Of a DNA stretch of 64,000 nucleotides, positions 51,870 through 63,559 are shown piece by piece. This DNA comes from Macrostomum hystrix. Taxonomy: Eukaryota; Animalia; Platyhelminthes. The DNA is taken from positions 2,542,001 to 2,606,000 of the forward strand of contig CATNEN010000033.1 of NCBI GenBank assembly GCA_950097015.1, read 5' to 3'. Position numbers and translations under genes: made by a program. Numbering within the stretch: position 1 is the stretch's first letter; each line of letters starts with the position of its first letter. The notes under the pieces were generated by a model. It was not told the DNA's origin and made no database searches. It was given only the letters and a program-made list of their open reading frames with translations.

Positions 51870-52607
51870 CTCTATGGCCTGACTCGAAGCATACGCATTG
51901 CATTCGGCTGTACGCCTCGAATTCGCCTCGCCTGTACTTTTCCTGTCACATTATTACCCCTAAATGTCCTTCTCCTTTAATGCTATGGGGAAAATCATGT
52001 TTAGCACATGCATTACTCGCTTGTCATGCATTAGTTTAACATCCTAGATGAACAAATGGAAGTTAATATGTAAGGGAAATCTCATTTCGTCTCGAAAGAA
52101 ATTATGTCGCCGTAACTCTGTTGCTAAGGAAATCCTGTTGCTATGACACAGAAATGTTAGCTGAGTAAGGTAAATTCCGCTTTTATGCAGGATGAGTGAT
52201 AATTGCTAAGGGAAATCCCGTTACTATGCCACCAGAATAGCCGTTTTTAATAGAAATCCCTTTATTTTACAGCCAGGTTACTTTACTTTATGCCCGTCTT
52301 GTATAGGGAAATCTAAGTCAAGGCCGTGTTGATAATCAGTCGAGTGCTATTAGCTATTTCTAAGCAACCAGGATGTCCCATAGGCAACACGCAGGCATAT
52401 ACAGAATCGCCATTCAATTGTCCTTAATTCGCGAATTCATTCGGCTTTCACACCCGTCGCTAACCCAGATTTTTTTCCAATTCTTGATGTTTTGTTTGGA
52501 ACCCATGCGAAAAATGCCACTTTGACTACCAATATGAGTAGTATTCTAGAGTTATTGGCTCGCTTATTCTATTCATTGGAACTGGCCCGCCCTTGGATGC
52601 TAGCGCA

Positions 52608-52686
52608 GCGCGTTCCCTAATGACGATTGGCTGGCCGAAAACTCGACCCAGTTTCGGGTGGCCTCCAATCCGAACAGAGTTCGCTT
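52608..52686 (+). promoter_or_regulatory. Type II SECIS element in the SELENOT 3' UTR
   Basis: ATGA at 52620-23 with GA at 52672-73 (core). Helix II GATTGG/CCAATC plus GGCC/GGCC. Unpaired AAA at 52638-40. Mini-helix ACTCGA/TCGGGT. Confidence 0.88.
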
Positions 52687-52965
52687 CTATGAACGGACCG
52701 ACGCCTCGCAGCTCGACTGGACGCGGGGTTCCTATTATTGTTTTCTTGTTTTCTGCTATTGTTTCTGCTTTGCTGATTTTAAATGAATTTCTACACGAGT
52801 AGCCGAACTGATTATAAATTGCCGATGCAAGTACATGTTATTCATATTACACCCGTCTGTTGTCTTTTTTATTTAGGACAATTTTTGTAAAACCCTTTGT
52901 CTAAAAGAATATATGCTAATATATTTCTCTAGTACTTACTATTACATTTTACATAAGAATCCTCA

Positions 52966-53275
52966 GCTTGAGCTTGAGATCCCCTCTCAGATCCACTGTT
53001 TGAGCTTGAGATCCCCTCTCAGATCCACTGTTTGAGCTTGAGATCCCCTCTCAGATCCACAGTTTGAGCTTGAGATCCCCTCTCAGATCCTCAGTTTGAG
53101 CTTGAGATCCCCTCTCAGATCCACTGTTTGAGCTTGAGATCCCCTCTCAGATCCACTGTTTGAGCTTGAGATCCCCTCTCAGATCCACTGTTTGAGCTTG
53201 AGATCCCCTCTCAGATCCTCAGTTTGAGCTTGAGATCCCCTCTCAGATCCTCATTTTAAGCTTGAGGTCCCCTCG
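52966..53275. repeat. 32-bp tandem repeat gagcttgagatcccctctcagatccactgttt, ~9 copies
   Basis: Directly visible. Confidence 0.95.
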
Positions 53276-53394
53276 GATTCTAAAAAATACCTACTCTCTG
53301 TGTGAGCACATTGAACTATTATTGTGAGAACTCTTACTTCCCAGTATAATCCCAAAGCCTGTGTTTCGCATCGCCGCAATCCTCAGCGACAGCA

Positions 53395-54691
53395 ATGACC
53401 ACGGCTCACCGGCCTACATTCGACACGGCCCGTGGTGGGCAGAGCATGCGAGAGCGCGACCTCAGCGCCCAGTCCAAGCAGTACAGCTCCCGAGACCTGC
53501 CCAGCCACACGCGCCTGAAATATCGCCAGGAAGGCCAGGGTACCGCCGAGGATGCCCGAGTGGGCAGCCGTGACTTCAAGCGCGATCTGGAGGAGCGCGA
53601 GCGTCGACATCGCGGCGGTGGCAGCAGCGCCGAGGAGCCGGCTTCGTCATCGTCTTCGAAGCGGGTCCGACTGGCCGACGCGCCCGGCGGTGGCGCAGCT
53701 GCGGCGCTTCCGGCCAACCTGGACGCCGACGACGCCGCTGTGGCGGCAGCCGATTTGGATTCCGACGCTGATTCAGTAGACGACGCCGACGAAGACGAGG
53801 CCGCCGAGTTGATGGCCGAGCTGGCGAAGATTCGGCGCGAGCGGGAGGCCGAGGCGGCGCGCAGGTTGGCATTTTGACTTGTCACTAACCGTCTCTTCCC
53901 CATTATATTCTGCGAGTGGTTCGAGTAACACACGGGTGTTTTTTTAAGTTGATCGTTTTACGAATTCTTGGAATGATTGCGAATGAAATTCCATGGGGTT
54001 TCTATAATAGATATTCTGAGTGATTATTTTATGAAACCGCCTATTAGATTTGACCATAATTGCCCATAGAATCGCTTATTATAGTATTCATGGGATTCCC
54101 TGAGGAATTTCTGATCGGATTCCTAAGGAATTCCCGACGAGATTCCCTAAGGAATTCCCGACGAGATTCCGTAGGAACTCCCGATTTGGTTCTCTTAAGA
54201 ATTCCCGATGAGATTGCCGAGGGATTTTCCGATGAGATTCCCTGAGGAATTCCGGCAGAGATTCCTGAGGAATTCATGACAAGATTCCCTGGGGATTTTA
54301 AGGATTTAAATTTCCTCTAGGAATCAGATAATGAAATAGATAGGATGTCTAGAAAATTAAGTGAGCAAAATCACACAAATTTGTTTCATCCATCGATAGG
54401 GAAGCCGAGCGGCAGGCCGATGAGGAGCGCATTCGCACTGAGAACATTCTCAAAGGCAATCCGCTGCTCAACAAAGCTAAGCAGGCTGTCCCGGGCGTTT
54501 CAGCCGGCAGCGGCGGAGGCGGCGTTGCGGCCGACTTCAAGGTGAAGCGCCGCTGGAATGACGACGTCGTGTTCAAGAACTGCGCCAAAGACGACGACAA
54601 CGGAGGCAGCCGCCAGCGCCCGGCCAGCTTCATCAACGACACGCTGCGCTCGGAGTTTCACAAGAAGTTCATGGACAAGTACATCAAGTAG
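53395..54691 (+). CDS. CWC15: Spliceosome-associated protein CWC15
   Basis: Exons 53395-53864 and 54400-54691. [81 protein letters not shown]. Confidence 0.96.
54090..54310. repeat. Degenerate ggaattcc-rich repeat in the CWC15 intron
   Basis: Repeated gattccctaaggaattcccgacga-like units. Confidence 0.75.
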
Positions 54692-54992
54692 CGGATTAAA
54701 TGTCATTAGTAACCGTTGCTATGTCGCTGTAAATTTTGCATAACCCCGATATAAACAGTTTCCTTGTAATTCTAGTGTTTTATTATGCGTCTTGTGTACG
54801 TCGTACTAACAATTATTTGCTATTGTGGCACTTTATCTAATAAAGCTAAAAAACATACTTCTCACATTGATGCGGGATGCCTACCCATTGAATTTGCAGT
54901 GCGACTTCGTTTCCTGCTTCTCTTATTCATGATTCTTGGTCTGCCGGCGCCGCGATTTGATTGTCTGACCTGGCATGACTCAAGCACTTAAC

Positions 54993-57445
54993 ATTAGTTA
55001 TCAGCCTGACTCACTGACCCATCATTAGTTCTCAGCCTGACTCACTGACCCATCATTAGTTCTCAGCCTGACTCACTGACCCATCATTAGTTCTCAGCCT
55101 GAGTCACTGACCCATCATTAGTTCTGAGCCTGAGTCACTGACCCATCATTAGTTCTGAGCCTGAGTCACTGACCCATCATTAGTTCTGAGCCTGAGTCAC
55201 TGACCCATCATTAGTTCTGAGCCTGAGTCACTGACCCATCATTAGTTCTCAGCCTGAGTCACTGACCCATCATTAGTTCTGAGCCTGAGTCACTGACCCA
55301 TCATTAGTTCTGAGCCTGAGTCACTGACCCATCATTAGTTCTGAGCCTGACTCACTGACCCATCATTAGTTCTCAGCCTGACTCACTGACCCATCATTAG
55401 TTCTCAGCCTGAGTCACTGACCCATCATTAGTTCTGAGCCTGAGTCACTGACCCATCATTAGTTCTCAGCCTGACTCACTGACCCATCATTAGTTCTCAG
55501 CCTGACTCACTGACCCATCATTAGTTCTCAGCCTGACTCACTGACCCATCATTAGTTCTGAGCCTGAGTCACTGACCCATCATTAGTTCTCAGCCTGAGT
55601 CACTGACCCATCATTAGTTCTCAGCCTGAGTCACTGACCCATCATTAGTTCTCAGCCTGACTCACTGACCCATCATTAGTTCTCAGCCTGAGTCACTGAC
55701 CCATCATTAGTTCTCAGCCTGAGTCACTGACCCATCATTAGTTCTGAGCCTGAGTCACTGACCCATCATTAGTTCTGAGCCTGAGTCACTGACCCATCAT
55801 TAGTTCTCAGCCTGAGTCACTGACCCATCATTAGTTCTGAGCCTGAGTCACTGACCCATCATTAGTTCTGAGCCTGAGTCACTGACCCATCATTAGTTCT
55901 GAGCCTGACTCACTGACCCATCATTAGTTCTCAGCCTGACTCACTGACCCATCATTAGTTCTCAGCCTGACTCACTGACCCATCATTAGTTCTGAGCCTG
56001 AGTCACTGACCCATCATTAGTTCTCAGCCTGACTCACTGACCCAACATTAGTTCTCAGCCTGACTCACTGACCCAACATTAGTTCTCAGCCTGACTCACT
56101 GACCCAACATTAGTTCTCAGCCTGACTCACTGACCCAACATTAGTTCTCAGCCTGACTCACTGACCCATCATTAGTTATCAGCCTGACTCACTGACCCAT
56201 CATTAGTTCTCAGCCTGAGTCACTGACCCATCATTAGTTCTCAGCCTGACTCACTGACCCATCATTAGTTCTCAGCCTGAGTCACTGACCCATCATTAGT
56301 TCTCAGCCTGACTCACTGACCCATCATTAGTTCTCAGCCTGAGTCACTGACCCATCATTAGTTCTCAGCCTGAGTCACTGACCCATCATTAGTTCTCAGC
56401 CTGACTCACTGACCCATCATTAGTTCTCAGCCTGAGTCACTGACCCATCATTAGTTCTCAGCCTGAGTCACTGACCCATCATTAGTTCTGAGCCTGAGTC
56501 ACTGACCCATCATTAGTTCTGAGCCTGAGTCACTGACCCATCATTAGTTCTCAGCCTGAGTCACTGACCCATCATTAGTTCTGAGCCTGAGTCACTGACC
56601 CATCATTAGTTCTGAGCCTGAGTCACTGACCCATCATTAGTTCTGAGCCTGACTCACTGACCCATCATTAGTTCTCAGCCTGACTCACTGACCCATCATT
56701 AGTTCTCAGCCTGACTCACTGACCCATCATTAGTTCTGAGCCTGAGTCACTGACCCATCATTAGTTCTCAGCCTGACTCACTGACCCAACATTAGTTCTC
56801 AGCCTGACTCACTGACCCAACATTAGTTCTCAGCCTGACTCACTGACCCAACATTAGTTCTCAGCCTGACTCACTGACCCATCATTAGTTATCAGCCTGA
56901 CTCACTGACCCATCATTAGTTCTCAGCCTGAGTCACTGACCCATCATTAGTTCTCAGCCTGAGTCACTGACCCATCATTAGTTCTCAGCCTGAGTCACTG
57001 ACCCATCATTAGTTCTGAGCCTGAGTCACTGACCCATCATTAGTTCTGAGCCTGACTCACTGACCCATCATTAGTTCTCAGCCTGACTCACTGACCCATC
57101 ATTAGTTCTCAGCCTGACTCACTGACCCATCATTAGTTCTGAGCCTGAGTCACTGACCCATCATTAGTTCTCAGCCTGACTCACTGACCCAACATTAGTT
57201 CTCAGCCTGACTCACTGACCCAACATTAGTTCTCAGCCTGACTCACTGACCCAACATTAGTTCTCAGCCTGACTCACTGACCCATCATTAGTTATCAGCC
57301 TGACTCACTGACCCATCATTAGTTCTCAGCCTGAGTCACTGACCCATCATTAGTTCTCAGCCTGACTCACTGACCCATCATTAGTTCTCAGCCTGACTCA
57401 CTGACCCATCATTAGTTATCAGCCTGACTCACTGACCCATCATGA
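54993..57445. repeat. Minisatellite, 31-bp unit cagcctga(g/c)tcactgacccatcattagttct, ~79 copies
   Basis: Directly visible, with recurring variant blocks. Confidence 0.97.
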
Positions 57446-57525
57446 GAGTAGTGCATTGGGTTCATCTGTACCCTTCGCGGCTTTCAGTCTGGTTCCACTC
57501 TGGTAAACGGTATTAAAAAAATCCA

Positions 57526-60500
57526 ATGCTGCCAGAAACGCGCTGCCTTAGAAGCAGAAAACCAGAATCAGCAGCAGCCAGTACCTCTCCCGCTGGCTTA
57601 CTCAGCGAAAGTCAGGAGCAGCAGGGGCCCACAGCAACCAAGACTGGTGCCAAGCGACGCAAAGCCCTAGAAGAGAGTGTTTCAACGAAAAACACAATAA
57701 ATCTGAAATCCTTGAAAGCCCAAATTTCTCCCGAGCTTCCGATGGCGCAGCGCGGCGCCGCCCTGCTACTCGGCGCCCACGTGTCCGCGGCCGGCGGTCT
57801 GCACCGGGCTTTCGACAACGCGCGCTCAATCGGCGCTAAAAGTTTCGCGCTATTTGTGCGCAACCAGCGCCGGTGGGAGTCCCAACCGTTGGATGATGAG
57901 GAGGCAGCCAAGTTTCGATCCGCTATGCTCAGTAGTTGCTTCTTGCCTGAGGCTATTCTGCCACACGGCAGCTATCTCATCAACTGCGCCTCTCCCAATG
58001 CTGAGGTCCGCCGAAGGAGCTGCGCCGCACTGGTAGATGAGATGGATAGGTGAGCGACGAGTGGGTGTTTAGATTTGCTGCGTAATTCGTAGATTCGAGG
58101 AGTAGATTTGTAGATTCGACGAGTAGATTTGTAGATTCGAGGAGTAGATTTGCAGATTTGAGGTGTATATTTGTAGATTCGACGAGTAGATTTGCAGATT
58201 TGAGGTGTAGATTTGTAGATTCGACGAGTAGATTTGCAGATTTGAGGTGTATATTTGTAGATTCGAGTAGTTGATTTGTAGATTCGAGTAGTGGATTTGT
58301 GGATTTGTAGATTTGAGGTGTAGATTTGTAGATTCGAGTAGTGGATTTGTAGATTCGAGTAGTGGATTTGTAGATTCGAGTAGTGGATTTGTAGATTTGA
58401 GGTGTAGATTTGTAGATTCGAGGAGTTGATTTGTAGATCCGAATAGTAGATTGGTAGATTCGACGAGTAGATTTGCAGATTTGAGGTGTATATTTGTAGA
58501 TTCGAGTAGTTGATTTGTAGATTCGAGTAGTGGATTTGTGGATTTGTAGATTTGAGGTGTAGATTTGTAGATTCGAGTAGTGGATTTGTAGATTCGAGTA
58601 GTGGATTTGTAGATTCGAGTAGTGGATTTGTAGATTCGAGGAGTAGATTTGCAGATTTGAGGTGTATATTTGTAGATTCGACGAGTAGATTTGCAGATTT
58701 GAGGTGTAGATTTGTAGATTCGACGAGTAGATTTGTAGATTCGAGGAGTAGATTTGCAGATTTGAGGTGTATATTTGTAGATTCGACGAGTAGATTTGTA
58801 GATTTGAGGTGTAGATTTGTAGATTCGACGAGTAGATTTGCAGATTTGAGGTGTATATTTGTAGATTCGAGTAGTTGATTTGTAGATTCGAGTAGTGGAT
58901 TTGTGGATTTGTAGATTTGAGGTGTAGATTTGTAGATTCGAGTAGTGGATTTGTAGATTCGAGTAGTGGATTTGTAGATTCGAGTAGTGGATTTGTAGAT
59001 TTGAGGTGTAGATTTGTAGATTCGAGGAGTTGATTTGTAGATCCGAATAGTAGATTGGTAGATTCGACGAGTAGATTTGCAGATTTGAGGTGTAGATTTG
59101 TAGATTCGAGGAGTTGATTTGTAGATCCGAATAGTAGATTGGTAGATTCGACGAGTAGATTTGCAGATTTGAGGTGTAGATTTGTAGATTTGAGGTGTAG
59201 ATTTGTAGATTCGAGGAGTTGATTTGTAGATTCGAGTAGTGGATTTGCAGATTTGAGGTGTAGATTTGTAGATTCGAGGAGTAGATTTGCAGATTTGAGG
59301 TGTATATTTGTAGATTTGACGAGTAGATTTGCAGATTTGAGGTGTAGATTTGTAGATTCGACGAGTAGATTTGTAGATTCGAGGAGTAGATTTGCAGATT
59401 TGAGGTGTATATTTGTAGATTCGACGAGTAGATTTGTAGATTTGAGGTGTAGATTTGTAGATTCGACGAGTAGATTTGCAGATTTGAGGTGTATATTTGT
59501 AGATTCGAGTAGTTGATTTGTAGATTCGAGTAGTGGATTTGTGGATTTGTAGATTTGAGGTGTAGATTTGTAGATTCGAGTAGTGGATTTGTAGATTCGA
59601 GTAGTGGATTTGTAGATTCGAGTAGTGGATTTGTAGATTTGAGGTGTAGATTTGTAGATTCGAGGAGTTGATTTGTAGATCCGAATAGTAGATTGGTAGA
59701 TTCGACGAGTAGATTTGCAGATTTGAGGTGTAGATTTGTAGATTCGAGGAGTTGATTTGTAGATCCGAATAGTAGATTGGTAGATTCGACGAGTAGATTT
59801 GCAGATTTGAGGTGTAGATTTGTAGATTTGAGGTGTAGATTTGTAGATTCGAGGAGTTGATTTGTAGATTCGAGTAGTGGATTTGCAGATTTGAGGTGTA
59901 GATTTGTAGATTCGAGGAGTTGATTTGTAGATTCGAGGAGTTGATTTGTAGATTCGAGTAGTGGATTTTTAGATTTTATGAAGTCGTCTCCCTTGTCAAA
60001 TCAGTTGAAGCCTTCCGCAACATTCCCAACCCGCAGATGCCGCCGTCTCGGCCTGGTCCAGTACAACCTGCACCCGGGCTCGGCCGGCGCCAGCAACCCG
60101 GACCGGCCGGCGGCCATCGCCCGACTGGCCGATTCACTGGCCGCCGCGTTGGCAGCCGTGCCCGGCGTCTGCTTGGTGCTGGAGAACGCGGCCGGCCAGG
60201 TGAGAGCTCCGCTTGCCACCTCTCGCTCTTCAGGTTCCATTCTCCCCTCAGGTTCCATTCTCCCCTCAGGTTCGATTCCCCTCCCCAGGTTCCATTCTCC
60301 CCTCAGGTTCCATTCTCCCCTTTCAGATTCCATTCTCCCCAGGTTCCATTCTCCCCTCAGGTTCCATTCTCCCCTCAGGTTCCATTCTCCCCTCAGGTTC
60401 CATTCTCCCCTTTCAGATTCCGTTCTCCCCTCAGATTCCATTCTCCCCTCAGGTTCCATTCTCCCTTCAGGTTCCATTCTCCCCTCAGGTTCCATTCTCC

Positions 60501-61292
60501 CCTCAGTTTCCATTCTCCCCTTTCAGATTCCATTCTCCCCTCAGATTCCATTCTCCCCTCAGGTTCCATTCTCCCCTCAGATTCCATTCTCCCCTCAGGT
60601 TCCATTCTCCCCTTTCAGGTTCCATTCTCCCCTCAGGTTCCATTCTCCCCCCAGGTTCCATTCTCTCCCTCAGGTTCCATTCTCCCCTCAGTTTCCATTC
60701 TCCGCTAAGGATCTTCAGGTTCAATTCTCCCCTCAGGATCCTCGGGTTCAGTCCCCACCCCAGGATCCTCATGCCTGTCCTTGTCAACCTCAGCCATCCG
60801 GGCTGTTTTTCCCCGCAGGGCGGCTGTCTCGGCGGCAGCTTCGCTGAGCTCGGCGCCATTGTGAAGGCCGTTTGCGACCGGCTGCCACCCGGCGCCAGCG
60901 CCGAATCGGACAGCCGGCTCGGCGTCTGCATCGACACCTGCCACGCCTTTGCATACGGCTACGACCTGCGCAGCGCCGCCGGCTTGGACTCGGCCTTCTC
61001 GGAGCTCGCCGAGGCGCTCGGCCATCGTCCGCTGCTGCGCGGCCTCCACCTGAACGACTCGCGCTCCGGACTCGCCAGCCGGGTCGATCGACACGCCGAC
61101 ATCGGCGACGGGCAGCTGGGCGCCGACGCTTTTCGTCGACTGCTACGACATCCGGCTGTGACGTCAGCGGCTGCACTGCGTCCGCTGCCCATGGTGTTGG
61201 AGACGCCCGGAGTTGAATGCTACGCCCAGCAGCTACAGCTGCTGCGACGCCTGCAGCTGGAGGACCTGCCGGAGTGCGGTGGCCTGGGCTGA
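57526..61292 (+). CDS. APN1: Endonuclease IV family AP endonuclease (Nfo/Apn1/APN-1-like)
   Basis: Exons 57526-58049, 60037-60199, 60819-61292. GAHVSAAGG, PHGSYLIN, NLHPGS, LENAAGQG, GVCIDTCH, HLNDS, DRH, VLETP; all nine Zn ligands recognisable. Basic N-terminal extension (KRRK). Confidence 0.95.
58085..59975. repeat. Complex satellite (tagatttgtagattcga.. / tagatttgcagatttgaggtg) filling endonuclease IV intron 1
   Basis: Directly visible; 21-bp subunits with larger duplicated blocks. Confidence 0.95.
60225..60735. repeat. 18-20-bp tandem repeat gttccattctcccctcag, endonuclease IV intron 2
   Basis: Directly visible. Confidence 0.95.
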
Positions 61293-61347
61293 CACCAAAA
61301 GTACAAACCTGCGACCTTCTGTGAATCTTCTGGGATTTTAAGTGTAG

Positions 61348-61535
61348 GATTTGGGATTGTGAGTGAACGATTCGGGATAGTGAGTGAACGATTCGGGATA
61401 GTGAGTGAAGGATTCGGGATTGTGAGTGAAGGATTCTGGATTGTGAGAGAAGGATTCGGGATTGTGATTGAAGGATTCGGGATTGTGAGTGAAGGATTCG
61501 GGATTGTGTATGTAGGATTCGGGATTGTGAGTGAG
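61348..61535. repeat. 21-bp tandem repeat attcgggattgtgagtgaagg
   Basis: Directly visible, just 3' of the endonuclease IV stop. Confidence 0.9.
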
Positions 61536-62264
61536 GCATAAGGGATTTGGAGAGTGGGATTTGAGATTGAAGTAGTAGGGTCTGTTGCGAGGTTAACAGC
61601 ATTTTTTCTGAATATCTAGACTGCAATTTATTTTCCTTAACAAATGTTTATCCCATTTTTAACAGTTATACCTTAAGTTGCAGAGAAGTATTATCTATGA
61701 TTATTTTAATCCAGAAATTTTTCGGCTACACTCTACTCAAAGTACTGTGAAAGTGTCAATTCAAATTTTCTGCTTAGTTTTATTAGACTTCTTAGTGTTC
61801 GTTGTGGACTTTCTTAACTAATTTCTGTTCCTCCGTTCACCTTCCTCTGGCATTGTCCACAGGGTAAATTGTTATTAAATCAATTTTCAAAATCAGTTGC
61901 TGACTTTGTGGTGAAGGCAATCATTCAAATTGATCAGCAATTTTTATTTCACTTTGAATTGACGACAAATTTAAATTAAAATTCTGAAAATATTAATGTA
62001 ACTCCGTTTGAAACATTTTAGACATGATTGACGTGTGCCTGACAACGGGCGGACAAAAAGTGCTTTGCTCTTCTTGAGCAACGGAAAAAACAACTCGAGG
62101 GACAATGGGATTTCAGGGAAGAACTGGCAGAAATATTTGGTTTAAATGGGCACCAGCTAGTGTTTCCTGTTGCCCGTTGTCAATGTATACAATGACACAC
62201 TACAGGGCATTGGTTTAATAATTTAAAGAACCTCAAATTGTTGATAACCTATAGTCTTAGCAGG

Positions 62265-62599
62265 GGGAGTGAGTGGCACAGCGGTTAACGCGTCTACCTC
62301 TTGCACCAAGGTCCCTGAGCTCGATTCCGCGGCGAGGCCACAATTATTTCGGGGCGCAGCCGCGGAGAGAAGGCTTGGGGGGCTTGTCGTGCAATTTACG
62401 CCCTAGAGGGCCAACCTCGAAGGCACAGTGGGAGTGTACCTTGCCTGATGATAAGAAAGTCAGGGCAGATGTACACACCTGTGTGAGCGTGAGGAGTCAG
62501 CGAAATGGGCAGAATTGCCTCCTGGCTGGCTGCGGGTCTAGTGTCACCAAATGATATGCCATTGCCCGCAGCCCTCCTGAAATTAATATTATTATTATT
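62265..62599 (+). mobile_element. Full-length tRNA-derived SINE with 11-bp target-site duplication
   Basis: A box tggcacagcgg, B-box-like gctcgattcc, (att)n tail. gtcttagcagg is duplicated at 62254-62264 and 62600-62610. Confidence 0.88.
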
Positions 62600-63200
62600 G
62601 TCTTAGCAGGCTGAAAGGTTGCTCACTTTGCTTATGATTTATTCTAACCGCCCACGGTTGAGTCAACAAGTATCCATGGCAACCACAGCGACTGTAGAGT
62701 CACAATTCAATCGTCAGTTGCGCAGCAAGCAACTAGTTCGTGACTTCTCATCTGTTTCGTGTCTATTCATTCACTGCCGTAATCTCTGACTATGCACTAG
62801 TGCTGGCAGCACTTGAAAACAAAGGAAAGAAATTGTTGCCATTTCAATGGATTTCCGTGTAACCGCTCTTTCGGTTATCAATATGAGATCAATTCAGACC
62901 ACTTGCACCGAATAAGTTCTATATTTTTCTTCCGGAAGCATCTGCACTGTACAGGGTGCACTTTTCTGCGTGAAGTATCTCAGCCTCATGTCACTGTTCT
63001 AATCTCTCCCGTCACTCCCGCTCAGTATTTCTCCCAGTTCTCTTTCCTTCACTCTGATTGAATTCTGCTGCTGATCAGTTCCCATTGGTTGGGGAGGGGG
63101 TTGTGCTCCTTTTATAGACATCAGTCAGCAGCTACCCACCTGATAAGCACTCACGGAGAAGTCAATAGTAGAGTGTCTAGTGGCTTTATCTATAGATACC

Positions 63201-63494
63201 ATGTTCAAATCATGCTCGCCGCATTTTGAGACGAGGTCATTGGTTCGATTCCTAGTCGCCTTCCTGACTGCGGCAGCCGCGCCGTGCCCAGTCGCCGCGG
63301 AGGGCGGACCGACGGTCAGGCTGGAGTGGTGGCACTATTTCATCATCGCCTGCTGCGGCGGGCTGCTGCTGGGGGCCATCGTCGTGTACTGCTACTGCAA
63401 GAAGCGCCACCCTGTAGCGCTGCACGAGCCGCAGGACCCGAGGCGCGTCATCCGGGTTGGGAACATTGTGGGAAAACTCAACCAGCTGGCCTGA
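63201..63494 (+). CDS. Small single-pass membrane protein, 97 aa
   Basis: ATG 63201 follows an acceptor-like tatag. Hydrophobic leader (FLVAFLTAAAA), TM segment WWHYFIIACCGGLLLGAIVVY, juxtamembrane CYCKKR. GC-rich codons. Confidence 0.6.
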   Translation: MFKSCSPHFETRSLVRFLVAFLTAAAAPCPVAAEGGPTVRLEWWHYFIIACCGGLLLGAIVVYCYCKKRHPVALHEPQDPRRVIRVGNIVGKLNQLA

Positions 63495-63559
63495 GACATT
63501 TGAGTCCGCTATGACACCTAATACTTAAGTAATACTTCAGATTAGATTTATTCTTTAAT

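Noticed and set aside
58552-59516. RFVDS / RFADLRC ORFs
   Set aside because: Satellite inside endonuclease IV intron 1.
7648-61292. LIG4, PCS, the Tpt1-like gene, SELENOT and APN1 as a functional stress/repair cluster
   Set aside because: They are interspersed with unrelated genes on both strands over 54 kb; no evidence beyond coincidence without synteny data.
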